Below, in pieces: positions 8,151 to 17,806 of a stretch of DNA of 32,000 bases. This stretch comes from Pseudoalteromonas translucida KMM 520 (GTDB lineage Bacteria; Pseudomonadota; Gammaproteobacteria; Enterobacterales; Alteromonadaceae). The stretch's first letter is position 1. Every line of letters starts with the position of its first letter. The DNA lies in NCBI RefSeq assembly GCF_001465295.1, contig NZ_CP011035.1:420001-452000 (forward strand). Reading direction: 5' to 3'. The notes under the pieces were generated by a model. It worked only from the letters and a program-made list of their open reading frames with translations, made no database searches and was not told where the DNA came from. Made by a program: the position numbers and the translations under genes.

Positions 8151-9527
8151 ATGTGTGCGTTTATGAATGATAAACAGTGGCAAAAGGCACGACAGAGCCG
8201 CGACCCTCGTTTTGATGGGCTTTTTTATGTGGCGGTTAAAAGTACCGGTATATATTGTCGGCCAATATGCCCAGCCCCCACGGCTAATGAAATAAACGTT
8301 ACCTATTATCAGTACGCACATAATGCTGCTAAAGCGGGGTTTAGACCCTGCATGCGGTGTAGGCCCGATAGTGCGCCGGGGAGCTTTGCTTGGCAAGGCG
8401 TTAAAACCACGGCACTGCGAGCAAAACAGTTAATTGATCAAGGCGCTTGTCATGATTGCGAAAAGCTCGCGGCAAGATTAGGGGTAAGTAGCCGTTATTT
8501 AAGGCGTTTATTTACTCAGCACTTTGGTATTTCGATCACGCAATACCGCCTTTTCAATCAGTGTCATTTTGCTAAAAAGTTGATCCAAGAAACCACTCTT
8601 CCGCTAACGCACATTGCTTTTGCGGCGGGGTTTAATAGCATTAGACGTTTTAACGACGCATTTTTACAGCAACTAAATATTGCCCCTTCAAAATTACGCA
8701 GCAGCGATAAAGCACCTAACTCTATTGCAAACTCAACTCTCAATTTAACTCTTCCCTTTAGGCCGCCATATAATTGGCCTGCTATGCAGCAGTTTTTAGC
8801 AAAACGCTTAATTGCCCCTATGGAGTGGATAACAGCGACAAGTTACGGGCGTACATTTTCATCCGAGCACTGCAAAGGCAGTTTTAATGCCGAGTTTATA
8901 GCTCATAAAAATCACTTTAAAGTGGCAATAACGATTAATAATACGCATTGCTTGCAGCAAGTTATTACCAATATTCGCCGAGTACTTGATTTAGACGCCG
9001 ATATAAATTTAATCACAATGCATATACAAGATAATATTAATAATGCATTTACGGTGAGCGAAGGGCTGCGCCTACCAGGAATTTGGTCGAGCTTTGAAGC
9101 GGGCATTCGCGCAGTACTTGGGCAGCAAGTCAGTGTTACTGCTGCACATAATTTAGTAACCAAACTCGTTAGTGAGTTGGGGGAGCAGTGCAATGGGGCC
9201 GTTTATTTTCCAACCCCACAGCAATTGGTAAACAGTGATTTTGCGTTTTTTAAAATGCCTCAGGCGCGTAAAAATGCATTGTATAATTTGGCGCAGTTTT
9301 GCACGTTAAACCCACAATGTGACGATTTAGATTTATGGCTAAATTTAAAGGGCATAGGCCCGTGGACGGTAAACTATGCTAAGTTACGTGGCCAAAGCCA
9401 GCCCGATATTTTACTCGATGGTGATTTAGGTGTTAAAAAAGCGCAAGCCGCTGTGGCTGTGTTTAACGCCGATAACTGCGCGCCGTTTCGATCATATTTA
9501 ACTTTTCAACTATGGCAGCAATTATAA
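8151..9527 (+). CDS. Fused AdaA/AlkA: Ada Zn-finger methylphosphotriester methyltransferase + AraC-type HTH regulator + DNA-3-methyladenine glycosylase II
   Basis: 458 aa. Four Cys of the Ada N-terminal Zn site are present (YCRPICPAP ... FRPCMRCRP). The AraC HTH is LAARLGVSSRYLRRLFTQHFGISITQYR...IAFAAGFNSIRRFNDAF. The AlkA-like C-terminal half has a HhH-GPD motif (LKGIGPWTVNYAKLRG) and a candidate catalytic Asp region (LLDGDLGVKKA). The true start may be the ATG at 8163 (MNDKQW). Confidence 0.85.
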   Translation: MCAFMNDKQWQKARQSRDPRFDGLFYVAVKSTGIYCRPICPAPTANEINVTYYQYAHNAAKAGFRPCMRCRPDSAPGSFAWQGVKTTALRAKQLIDQGACHDCEKLAARLGVSSRYLRRLFTQHFGISITQYRLFNQCHFAKKLIQETTLPLTHIAFAAGFNSIRRFNDAFLQQLNIAPSKLRSSDKAPNSIANSTLNLTLPFRPPYNWPAMQQFLAKRLIAPMEWITATSYGRTFSSEHCKGSFNAEFIAHKNHFKVAITINNTHCLQQVITNIRRVLDLDADINLITMHIQDNINNAFTVSEGLRLPGIWSSFEAGIRAVLGQQVSVTAAHNLVTKLVSELGEQCNGAVYFPTPQQLVNSDFAFFKMPQARKNALYNLAQFCTLNPQCDDLDLWLNLKGIGPWTVNYAKLRGQSQPDILLDGDLGVKKAQAAVAVFNADNCAPFRSYLTFQLWQQL

Positions 9528-9994
9528 TGATAATTCAAACCTTACTACCAAGTCCTATCGACGATATTATAATTCAAGGCAGCGAAAATGGCGTGAGCTA
9601 TGTGGGTTTTTACCCATCTAAAAATTATCCCATTACAGCGCTTAGCGAAGTGACTAATACCGCTATTTTGTGCGCAGCAGCACAGCTTAATGAGTATTTT
9701 GCTAAGCAGCGCACTACCTTTACTGTACCTTTAGATACCCAAGGAACTGATTTTCAGCAAAGTGTATGGCAGGCATTACTTAAGGTCCCCTATGGAGAGC
9801 TTAAAACGTATGGCGATATTGCTAAGGTATTAAACAACCCCAAAGCGGTACGCGCTGTTGGCGCTGCAAATGGCAAAAACCCAATAAGTATTATTGTGCC
9901 GTGTCATCGTATTATTGGCGCAAACGCAAAATTAACAGGTTACGCGGGTGGACTTGCAAGAAAACAATGGTTATTGCAGCACGAAACCGGTTGA
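9527..9994 (+). CDS. ogt: Methylated-DNA--protein-cysteine S-methyltransferase (Ogt/AdaB)
   Basis: Active-site motif IVPCHRIIG and NPISIIVPCHR, with the helix-turn-wing region VPYGELKTYGDIA. I chose the ATG at 9527, which overlaps the upstream stop as TAATG; the track start at 9512 is in the same frame. Confidence 0.9.
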   Translation: MIIQTLLPSPIDDIIIQGSENGVSYVGFYPSKNYPITALSEVTNTAILCAAAQLNEYFAKQRTTFTVPLDTQGTDFQQSVWQALLKVPYGELKTYGDIAKVLNNPKAVRAVGAANGKNPISIIVPCHRIIGANAKLTGYAGGLARKQWLLQHETG

Positions 9995-10085
9995 GCAGCT
10001 CTTAATGCATAAAATGCATAAACCAAATTGGTATTAACGCTCGTTTGAGGTAGCATAAGCGCACTTTTTATCTGAAGGCACAGCA

Positions 10086-10670
10086 ATGGCGCAATTATAC
10101 TTTTATTATTCTGCAATGAATGCGGGTAAATCAACCACTTTATTACAATCTGCATTTAATTACCAAGAGCGTGGTATGGAGCCGGTGATCCTCACAGCTG
10201 CAATTGATGATAGAGCGGGTGTAGGCAAAGTATCTTCGCGAATTGGGCTGCAAGCCGATGCGCATATTTTTGATGAAAACAAAGATGTATTTGCGCTGAT
10301 ACAGTCACTTAATCAAGAAAAAAAACGCCATTGTGTGCTGGTTGACGAATGCCAGTTTTTATCTAAAGAGCAAGTGATGCAGTTAACCGATGTGGTTGAT
10401 GAACTGGGTATTCCGGTACTATGTTACGGCTTGCGTAACGATTTTAGAGGCGAGCTATTTACCGGCTCGCAGTATTTACTTGCTTGGGCCGATAAGTTAG
10501 TGGAGCTTAAAACTGTGTGTCATTGTGGTCGAAAAGCTAACCACGTATTGCGTACAGATGAAAATGGTAATGCAATAGCCGATGGTAACCAAGTAGAAAT
10601 AGGCGGCAACAACCGGTATGAATCGGTGTGCCGCAAACATTATAAAGCCGCGTTAAATATGGGCCGCTAA
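10086..10670 (+). CDS. tdk: Thymidine kinase
   Basis: 194 aa with P-loop [15 protein letters not shown] and the Zn-ribbon cysteines CHCGRKA ... CRKHY. Collinear with enterobacterial Tdk. Confidence 0.95.
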   Translation: MAQLYFYYSAMNAGKSTTLLQSAFNYQERGMEPVILTAAIDDRAGVGKVSSRIGLQADAHIFDENKDVFALIQSLNQEKKRHCVLVDECQFLSKEQVMQLTDVVDELGIPVLCYGLRNDFRGELFTGSQYLLAWADKLVELKTVCHCGRKANHVLRTDENGNAIADGNQVEIGGNNRYESVCRKHYKAALNMGR

Positions 10671-11657
10671 AACCTTTATAAAGGTGTCTATATCTGCTTT
10701 AGTTATGTCTAAGTGAGTTACTAACCTAAGTTGCTTACTTGGACTAAACAGTATTCCTTGCGCTTTTAAATCAGCTGCTAGCTGCTGTATATTAATATTA
10801 GGCTCGCAGCTGGCATAAACCATGTTGGTGGTGTTTTTCATGTTAACGTTAAAGCCATTAAGTGTACTTAATTGCTGTGCTAGGTAGCGAGCATTAGCAT
10901 GATCATCGCTTAAGCGTTTTACATTATGCTCAAGTGCGTATTGCCCTGCTGCTGCTAACATTCCTGCTTGGCGCATACCGCCGCCAAGTACTTTGCGCCA
11001 ACGTCTTGCTTTGCTAATCAGTGCTTTTGAACCTAGCAATAACGAGCCAACCGGCGCACCTAACCCTTTAGATAAACAAATCGAAACAGAATCAAAGTGC
11101 TGGGTAATGGCGGTTATATCCACATTAAGATCGCTTGCTGCATTAAACGCGCGAGCACCATCTAGGTGTAGTGATAAGCTGTGCTGGTTTACAAACTTGC
11201 GCGCCGCAGCAAGGTAGTCAAGAGCAAGTACTTTACCGCCTATGGTGTTTTCAAGGCTTAATAAGCGGGTGTTGGCAAAATGATTATCATCAGGCTTTAT
11301 TGCCGCCGCTATTTTATCAAAGCAAAGTGTACCGTCTGCTTCGTTTTCAATTGGCTGGGGTTGTATTGAGCCTAAAACGGCTGCGCCGCCGCCTTCAAAT
11401 TTATAGTTATGGGCACTTTGACCGCAAATGTATTCGTCCCCGCGCTCACAATGTGCCATTAACGCCAATAAGTTAGCTTGAGTACCTGAGCTACAAAAAA
11501 GTGCATCAGCAAACTCAAAGCGCTCACATGCATAAGCTTCTAGTTGGTTAACGCTTTCATCATCGCCATATACGTCATCGCCTACAGGGGCGTTATACAT
11601 TATATCGCGCATAGCTTTAGAGGGTTTAGTTACCGTATCTGAGCGAAAATCTATCAT
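10653..11657 (-). CDS. ltaE: Low-specificity L-threonine aldolase (PLP-dependent)
   Basis: Starts [13 protein letters not shown] (canonical LtaE N-terminus), with the PLP-lysine region [13 protein letters not shown] chose the ATG at 11657, preceded by AAGGA 8 nt upstream. The longer track ORF (to 11771) would overlap rlmF. Confidence 0.9.
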   Translation of the reverse strand: MIDFRSDTVTKPSKAMRDIMYNAPVGDDVYGDDESVNQLEAYACERFEFADALFCSSGTQANLLALMAHCERGDEYICGQSAHNYKFEGGGAAVLGSIQPQPIENEADGTLCFDKIAAAIKPDDNHFANTRLLSLENTIGGKVLALDYLAAARKFVNQHSLSLHLDGARAFNAASDLNVDITAITQHFDSVSICLSKGLGAPVGSLLLGSKALISKARRWRKVLGGGMRQAGMLAAAGQYALEHNVKRLSDDHANARYLAQQLSTLNGFNVNMKNTTNMVYASCEPNINIQQLAADLKAQGILFSPSKQLRLVTHLDITKADIDTFIKVLAAHI

Positions 11658-11676
11658 AGGGTTAATCCTTATTTTA

Positions 11677-12609
11677 TTATCCGAGTTCTTCGCAAATTTG
11701 CGCACGCGTGTCTTTATCAAAATAACTCCAAGCAATAAAACGACTAACTTTTTGCCCTTGTGCCATATCAACTATTTTATATTGGGCTATAGGGTGCTGT
11801 TTTAATGCTTGCTCTAAAGCCGCAATATTATCTTTTTTAGAGACTAAAGAGGTAAACCACATTACTTGCTCAGCAACGGCTGCACTTTCTTTAATCATAT
11901 TAGAGATAAACTGCACTTCACCGCCTTCGCACCATAGCTCGTTATTTTGACCACCAAAGTTAAGCGTGCTGCTAGGTGCTTTGCCAAGGTTTTTCCACTT
12001 ACGTTCGCTACCTTTAACAGCGTCTTCGCTGCTGGCATGAAACGGCGGGTTACACAGCGTTAAGTGATACAGATCTTTACTGTTTATAACTCCTTTGAAT
12101 ATATTTGCGGCATTTTTTTGCTGTTTTAAGGTTATTTTTAAATGATTAAATTGCGCAATTTGTTTTGCTACTTTAATGGCTGCAGGGTCAATGTCGGTGC
12201 CAGTAAAATGCCAGTTATATTCATGCCCGCCTGTGAGCGGGTAAACCAAGTTAGCGCCGGTGCCAATGTCTAATACTTTAACTTGGCGGCCAGTGGGAAT
12301 GTGCGTTTGGTTATCGTCGGCTAATAAGTCGGCCAAATAATGAATGTAGTCTACTCGCCCCGGAATAGGTGGGCATAAGTTGTGCTGTGGAATATCCCAA
12401 AAATCTACTTTGTAATGGGCTTTTAAAAGGGCTTGATTAAGTGTTTTTACCGCTTTGTTATCACTAAAATCAATACTTTTTGTACCTGCAGGTGTTGTAA
12501 TAATAAAAGCAGAAAGTACAGGATGCTGCTCAGTTAATAGGTCAAAATCGTAGCCATTTAAGTGTTGATTACGAGGGTGTAGTTTTGCGCGTGAGGTGCT
12601 TGCTTTCAT
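11677..12609 (-). CDS. rlmF: 23S rRNA (adenine1618-N6)-methyltransferase
   Basis: From ATG 12609: [25 protein letters not shown]..., then [26 protein letters not shown], the SAM motif [14 protein letters not shown] and the catalytic NPPFH. Collinear with E. coli RlmF (YbiN). Confidence 0.9.
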   Translation of the reverse strand: MKASTSRAKLHPRNQHLNGYDFDLLTEQHPVLSAFIITTPAGTKSIDFSDNKAVKTLNQALLKAHYKVDFWDIPQHNLCPPIPGRVDYIHYLADLLADDNQTHIPTGRQVKVLDIGTGANLVYPLTGGHEYNWHFTGTDIDPAAIKVAKQIAQFNHLKITLKQQKNAANIFKGVINSKDLYHLTLCNPPFHASSEDAVKGSERKWKNLGKAPSSTLNFGGQNNELWCEGGEVQFISNMIKESAAVAEQVMWFTSLVSKKDNIAALEQALKQHPIAQYKIVDMAQGQKVSRFIAWSYFDKDTRAQICEELG

Positions 12610-12739
12610 GATGATTATTTTTACAACAGGAATAAAAGTTAATTGTAACAAATACCGAGATAAAAACGTGATAATTTTCCCTATGGCTACGAGGTTGTTA
12701 CTGGTAGGATGAGCTGTTAGCAATTAAAAAGGACTCACT

Positions 12740-13648
12740 GTGGCAATCACTCAGCAATCAGTATTTATAACATTAGCCGATCAGCAAACACTGCATTTAC
12801 GTCGTATTAGTAGCGATAAGCCAAATGGCGCAGTGGCTTTTTTTATGCATGGCGCGGTAGAAAACGGTAAAATATTTTATACCCATAGCAACAAAGGCTT
12901 AGCGCCTTTTTTAGCCGAACAAGGGTTTGTGTGTTATGTGGCTGATTTACGTGGTCGTGGTGAAAGTAAACCGGTTATAGACAAGCATGCTCGTTATGGT
13001 CAAACCGAAGCTATTTTAGAAGATATTCCTGCATTTATAGATAAAATAGAGCAGTTAGAGGGAAAAAAACCAGATTATTGGCTGGCTCACTCTTGGGGTG
13101 GAGTGTTAATGAATAGCGCATTTGCTCGATTCCCAAATTATATTAACGACGTAAAAGCCTGTGCTTACTTTGGCACTAAGCGCTCGTTATTTAATAATCA
13201 TCCTAAAAAGTTACTTCAAGCTAACTTTATTTGGTATTTTATGGCGCCGTTAATGGCTAAAAAGCATGGGTACTTACCGGCTAAACGCTTAAAGTGGGGC
13301 AGTGACAATGAAACACAAAAGTCGCATTGGCAAAGTATGCAGTGGGCTAAAAAAACACCTTGGATAGACAGTGACGATAACTTTGATTACGCCAAGGCCG
13401 TTGCACAATTAACCTTGCCGCCAACGCTGCATATTGCAGGCGCAAAAGATAAAGCCCTTGCACAACCAATAGATATTCAAAAGTTTATAGAAGAGTCAGG
13501 TCCTGGGGTACAAAAAATGCAAATTTATGGGCGTCGTTATGGTCATAAAGTAGATTACGACCATATTAATATGTTAACCCATCCGCATGCGCGCAAAGAG
13601 CAGTTTAAAGATGTACTTAATTGGTTTGCGACTGCGCCAAAAGCTTAA
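12740..13648 (+). CDS. Alpha/beta-fold hydrolase
   Basis: 302 aa with a GTG start preceded by AAGGA. The nucleophile elbow is AHSWGG, with an oxyanion-region FMHGAVENG. No closer assignment is possible from sequence alone. Confidence 0.75.
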   Translation: MAITQQSVFITLADQQTLHLRRISSDKPNGAVAFFMHGAVENGKIFYTHSNKGLAPFLAEQGFVCYVADLRGRGESKPVIDKHARYGQTEAILEDIPAFIDKIEQLEGKKPDYWLAHSWGGVLMNSAFARFPNYINDVKACAYFGTKRSLFNNHPKKLLQANFIWYFMAPLMAKKHGYLPAKRLKWGSDNETQKSHWQSMQWAKKTPWIDSDDNFDYAKAVAQLTLPPTLHIAGAKDKALAQPIDIQKFIEESGPGVQKMQIYGRRYGHKVDYDHINMLTHPHARKEQFKDVLNWFATAPKA

Positions 13649-15059
13649 GTAATGGCGTTTTGTAACGTTGCCATTTATCAACATTATGCTGATTAACCGG
13701 TTCACGTATAGCGTGCTTGCTGAGTGTGGTAACCGCGATTTTTTGTTTATAAAATGCCAAGCATTTTTCTTCAAACGAGCAACCTATAAACCTAAGTAGT
13801 GCAGTGAGTTGGCCTTTGGGGTCCGTTACTAATTGCTCATAACTTAGGTTATATATTTGCAATGCCGGAAATGTTTGCCAATGCGCCATTAATTTTTCAT
13901 ACAAGCTATGATATTGCTTAAACTCGGTTAACGAGCAAAAGTAAGGTTCGTTTTCGGCAAAATAATTAGTAAATACCGAAAATGCCGTGGCATTAAAATC
14001 GCGTGTTAAATTAATAAATTTGGCATGTGGAAATAGCATATAAATAAGCCCAATAGCCTGATAGTTGCTCGGCAGTTTATTAATAACAAAGGGGCGAGAG
14101 GGGCTTGCTGTTTTTAATTTTGCTATATAAAGGTCGCGGGCTTTATTAATTAACTCATGTGTTAAATGGTTTAAACACAGTGGGTAACTAAAACCGGTTT
14201 TTTGTTCTAAAAACGCCATCACATCACTACTTATACTAATACTTTCACCCATGCTTGAGCATTGACTATGGTTTACCAGCATTTGTTCAAGTAGGGTTGA
14301 GCCGCTGCGTGGCATGCCAATGATGAATAGGGGAGTAATGCCACCTTTCACGCTTTTATTCGCTGAGCTTAAAAGAGCAGCTGTATTGTATTTTATTATG
14401 TCGTCGTAAAAAGTAGTAAGAGCTTGGGTGTCAAATTCGCTTAGTTTTCGTTGTAATTGGTTAGCTAACACAAAGTAGTTAAACGCCTGCTCTGTATCCT
14501 CTAGTTTGTCGTAACTTTTTGCCAAAGCGTAATAGCACACCATTTTAAGGCGTAAATTATTAGTTTGCGTTAGCAAGTGATGCAAGTTGCTAAGATAGTT
14601 ATGTTCTTTGTCAAAACGCCCCAATTGTACCAACTCTAACAAAATATACGCTGTAACAGGGTAAACGCCTAAGCTCAGTGCATGCGAAAAAGTAGTATGG
14701 GCTTTATCGAGCTCACCATACGTTAAATAGTGCTGGGCCAAATAGTAATGTGGGTCGGGGTTATTACTGGCTAGGTTTTTTGCGTACTCAAGCACTTTTA
14801 GCGCATCATTTGGTGAGTTTACATTATTAAATGCATCAGCCAACGCATGTAGAGGTTCAAGCATATAAGGCAGGCGTTCACAGGCTTTTTGTAATAAATA
14901 TACAGCATCATCATTACGCTCTAGGCGCAGTGCAATTCGGCCTAAACCAAACAGGGCTTCGCCGTTATCAGCATCGGCTTTAAGTATTGTTTTGTAGTAA
15001 AACTCAGCGTCTTTAAGTTTGTTTTCTGCCAGTAACTGATTCGCTTTTTTAAGTAGCAT
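13617..15059 (-). CDS. TPR-repeat protein fused to a PAPS-dependent sulfotransferase domain
   Basis: 480 aa. The N-terminal ~230 aa hold TPR-like repeats (AEFYYKTILKADADNGEALFGLGRIAL, HYYLAQHYLTYGELDKA). The C-terminal half has the 5'-PSB loop GMPRSGSTLLEQM (PRSGST at nt 14312-14295) and a 3'-PB-like LTRDFNATAFS. There is no signal peptide. Confidence 0.8.
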   Translation of the reverse strand: MLLKKANQLLAENKLKDAEFYYKTILKADADNGEALFGLGRIALRLERNDDAVYLLQKACERLPYMLEPLHALADAFNNVNSPNDALKVLEYAKNLASNNPDPHYYLAQHYLTYGELDKAHTTFSHALSLGVYPVTAYILLELVQLGRFDKEHNYLSNLHHLLTQTNNLRLKMVCYYALAKSYDKLEDTEQAFNYFVLANQLQRKLSEFDTQALTTFYDDIIKYNTAALLSSANKSVKGGITPLFIIGMPRSGSTLLEQMLVNHSQCSSMGESISISSDVMAFLEQKTGFSYPLCLNHLTHELINKARDLYIAKLKTASPSRPFVINKLPSNYQAIGLIYMLFPHAKFINLTRDFNATAFSVFTNYFAENEPYFCSLTEFKQYHSLYEKLMAHWQTFPALQIYNLSYEQLVTDPKGQLTALLRFIGCSFEEKCLAFYKQKIAVTTLSKHAIREPVNQHNVDKWQRYKTPLLKLLAQSQTN

Positions 15060-15109
15060 TGTAACTTTAACATTCCTGTTGATTCTGTCTTGACTATCTA
15101 TACAGCGAA

Positions 15110-15140
15110 AAAGGCGAAATGTCTTTCACATTTCGCCTTT
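15110..15140 (-). terminator. Rho-independent terminator after the TonB-dependent receptor gene
   Basis: Perfect 13-bp stem AAAGGCGAAATGT / ACATTTCGCCTTT with a 5-nt loop. On the minus strand it is followed by a T-run (complement of 15105-15110). It lies 20 nt past the receptor stop. Confidence 0.85.
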
Positions 15141-15159
15141 ACCTTATGACCAATAAGGA

Positions 15160-17742
15160 TTAAAAAGTATAAGTTGCTTTAACGTAATAATAACCACCGT
15201 TAATACCAAATGGTGATGTTTCGTAGTATTGACCACCCCAATTATTATTCGGGATAAATTCACTAGCGCCACTAAAATCAAGTTTTTCAGCTTCTTGGTC
15301 AAGTAAGTTTTGTGCACCTACAGAAAAGCTCATTGATTCGTTTAAAAAATAAGTAATTTCAGCGTCTAAGGTAACCGCAGCATCTGCCATTTTAGCTGTT
15401 TCGTCATAATCTACATGCACACCTTGGTATTCACCAAAGTAGTTTACGCGGGTAAACGCTGAGAAGCTTTCCCATTGTTGTGCCCAGCTTAGAGTTGCAC
15501 GGTGATTAGGTAAGTCATTTTCAAGGCGGCTTACTTTAAATGGCCCTGTTATAATAGTTGAGCGGGTAACTTCGGTTTCATTCCAGTTGTACGCTAAGCT
15601 AAATGTTGAGCTGCCGTTAAGTAACTCAGTAGAGTAGTTAGCCACTAAATCAACACCTTGTGTAGTGGTGTCAAAATCATTAGTAAAAAAGCTTACCTGT
15701 GCTAAGTTTTGTACATTAGGAATGCCCGATGCAGTAAGTTTGTCTTTATCTGCTTGGCTAAGTTCAATTTTGTCTGATTGACTAATGCGCTCATCAACTT
15801 GAATATTGTAATAATCTACCGTTAAAAATAAATCGCCAAGCGTGTACACAGCGCCAAAAGTATAGCTTTGTGATTCTTCTGGCTCTAATTCTTGCCCGCC
15901 AAGTTGTATTGCAATTGGGTTAGTAGGTGGTAATAATGCAGAATCCACTAATACACCGCTGCTAAGGTTTGTTTGTACGTTACTCACATTAGCTTGGCCA
16001 ACGGTTGGCGCTCTAAAGCCTGTGCTGATTGAACCACGAATATTTAAATCTTCAGTTAAGTGATACTGAGCCATTAATTTGTAGTTAGTTGTCGTGCCAA
16101 AGGTATCGTAATCTTCAAAACGAACGGCTAAGCCCATTAAAAACTCTTCAGTAAAGGGCGCTTCTATATCAACATAAGCGGCGTAGTTACGACGGCTATA
16201 TTCACCGGCATCAGAGGGTTTAAAACCGGGGAAGCCATTTGAACCAATACCAAAGCCTTGATCGGTAAGTGGCCCTGCAATAAACGAGGCTTCATCGCCA
16301 GAGATCACAGTAAAGGTTTCTTCATGCCATTCTAGGCCTGATGCTATGTTTACATCGTATGCTAGGCCAAAATCAAAACCTTTGGATAGATCAAAGTTAA
16401 AGTTTTTCTCTAATTGTTCGTATTTACCTGGGCTAAAGTCACGTGGGCTTTCTGGGCCTAAAGATGCATTAATCGTGTCGTAAATAAAGTAGCGAGATTC
16501 GTTATAACCAACCGTGCCACTTAAATCGTAATACACATCCTTTAAAAAGCCATCAGTAAACTGACCTTTAGTACCAATAGTGAGTGACGCATCGGTAATA
16601 TTACCGCCAAAGTTTGGTGTAAAACCACCCGGCAGCATTTCATTAAATGCAAAACAATCAGGGTTATTTGCAACGCCATTAATATAATCTGGATTATCAA
16701 GCACGTTATCATCAATGGCAATAGTTGGGCAGTTGCCGCTCATATCACCGGTTAAATCGCCAACGAGTAAAGTATCGCCACCGTCATTTGAATAAGCACC
16801 CGGGCGAGTGTGTGGGTTACGGTAATAAAAACCACCTCTTACATCGCGCTCAGAGTAGTTACCAAACATGTAAAACTCTGAATTATTGGTTAGCTCTAAA
16901 CCTACATTACCAAAAATTGAAATGTCGTCGTTAACCTCAGGTGCGCCCCATACTTGAGTAATAGGTGCTATGTCGGGTACGCCGGCATCATTAAGTGCTT
17001 TAGCATCAAAGCGTTGTACTGAGCGGCTGGTTGCATCTGCGGTTTTATATTGAAAGCTTAAATTTGCAAAGCCATTGTCGGTAAAAGGAAGGCCAATATT
17101 GCCCGAAACTTGAGTGGTATCGCCATCACCTTCGTAATACTCGCCCTTACGCACTTCAAGAGAGCCACCTTCAGAGGCGTCTTTTAATACAAAGTTTATA
17201 ACCCCTGCAATAGCGTCAGAGCCATATTGTGCAGCAGCACCGTCACGCAGTACTTCTACTTGCTTAAGGGCAATACTTGGAATAACCGAAATATCGGCAC
17301 CTTGAGCACCATCGTTAATACCACCGCCTAAAAAGGCGATAACAGAAGCGCGATGGCGGCGTTTACCATTTAATAAAATAAGTGTGCTGTCTGATGGTAA
17401 GCCCCTAAGGTTAGCTGGGCGCACTAATGACGCTGCGTCGCTAATTGGCATAGAGTGTACGTTTAATGAAGGTATAGCGCCCTTTAATAGCTCTAGCATG
17501 TCGGTGTTACCTGACTTGCTTAGCTCTTCACCACCAATAATATCGATAGGAACCGGTGAATCACCAATAGAGCGAGGTGCTGAGCGTGTACCAACAACAG
17601 CAATTTTTTCTAGATTCTTATTCACTTTGGTTGTTGTTTGCGCGTCGGCTGCAATAGCAGAGCCAGATATAAACAATCCGGCTGTCGTGGTGGCTAAGGC
17701 AAATTTAACTGCCTGGTTTAGCACATTGCTTTTTAATTTCAT
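15160..17742 (-). CDS. TonB-dependent outer-membrane receptor (non-siderophore type, substrate unknown)
   Basis: 860 aa with a signal peptide ending SGSAIAADA, a TonB-box-like EKIAVVGTR, plug motifs (DSPVPIDIIGGEEL, LRGLPSDSTLILLNGKR, VEVLRDGAAAQYGSDAIAGVINFV), a long beta-barrel and a C-terminal aromatic (...KATYTF). I found no Fur box upstream. Confidence 0.95.
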   Translation of the reverse strand: MKLKSNVLNQAVKFALATTTAGLFISGSAIAADAQTTTKVNKNLEKIAVVGTRSAPRSIGDSPVPIDIIGGEELSKSGNTDMLELLKGAIPSLNVHSMPISDAASLVRPANLRGLPSDSTLILLNGKRRHRASVIAFLGGGINDGAQGADISVIPSIALKQVEVLRDGAAAQYGSDAIAGVINFVLKDASEGGSLEVRKGEYYEGDGDTTQVSGNIGLPFTDNGFANLSFQYKTADATSRSVQRFDAKALNDAGVPDIAPITQVWGAPEVNDDISIFGNVGLELTNNSEFYMFGNYSERDVRGGFYYRNPHTRPGAYSNDGGDTLLVGDLTGDMSGNCPTIAIDDNVLDNPDYINGVANNPDCFAFNEMLPGGFTPNFGGNITDASLTIGTKGQFTDGFLKDVYYDLSGTVGYNESRYFIYDTINASLGPESPRDFSPGKYEQLEKNFNFDLSKGFDFGLAYDVNIASGLEWHEETFTVISGDEASFIAGPLTDQGFGIGSNGFPGFKPSDAGEYSRRNYAAYVDIEAPFTEEFLMGLAVRFEDYDTFGTTTNYKLMAQYHLTEDLNIRGSISTGFRAPTVGQANVSNVQTNLSSGVLVDSALLPPTNPIAIQLGGQELEPEESQSYTFGAVYTLGDLFLTVDYYNIQVDERISQSDKIELSQADKDKLTASGIPNVQNLAQVSFFTNDFDTTTQGVDLVANYSTELLNGSSTFSLAYNWNETEVTRSTIITGPFKVSRLENDLPNHRATLSWAQQWESFSAFTRVNYFGEYQGVHVDYDETAKMADAAVTLDAEITYFLNESMSFSVGAQNLLDQEAEKLDFSGASEFIPNNNWGGQYYETSPFGINGGYYYVKATYTF

Positions 17743-17806
17743 TCTAAATATCCCCAGTTAGAATAGTTTTGTTAATCATGTTTGTGTAACACGAGTTATT
17801 TTTGTA

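Noticed and set aside
11658-11771. N-terminal extension of ltaE (track start 11771)
   Set aside because: The extension overlaps the 3' end of rlmF and is hydrophobic or basic junk. The canonical LtaE N-terminus [10 protein letters not shown] starts at 11657 with AAGGA upstream.
12610-12723. N-terminal extension of rlmF (track start 12723)
   Set aside because: RlmF homology begins at [14 protein letters not shown] (ATG 12609). The upstream 38 codons have no counterpart in RlmF as I know it.
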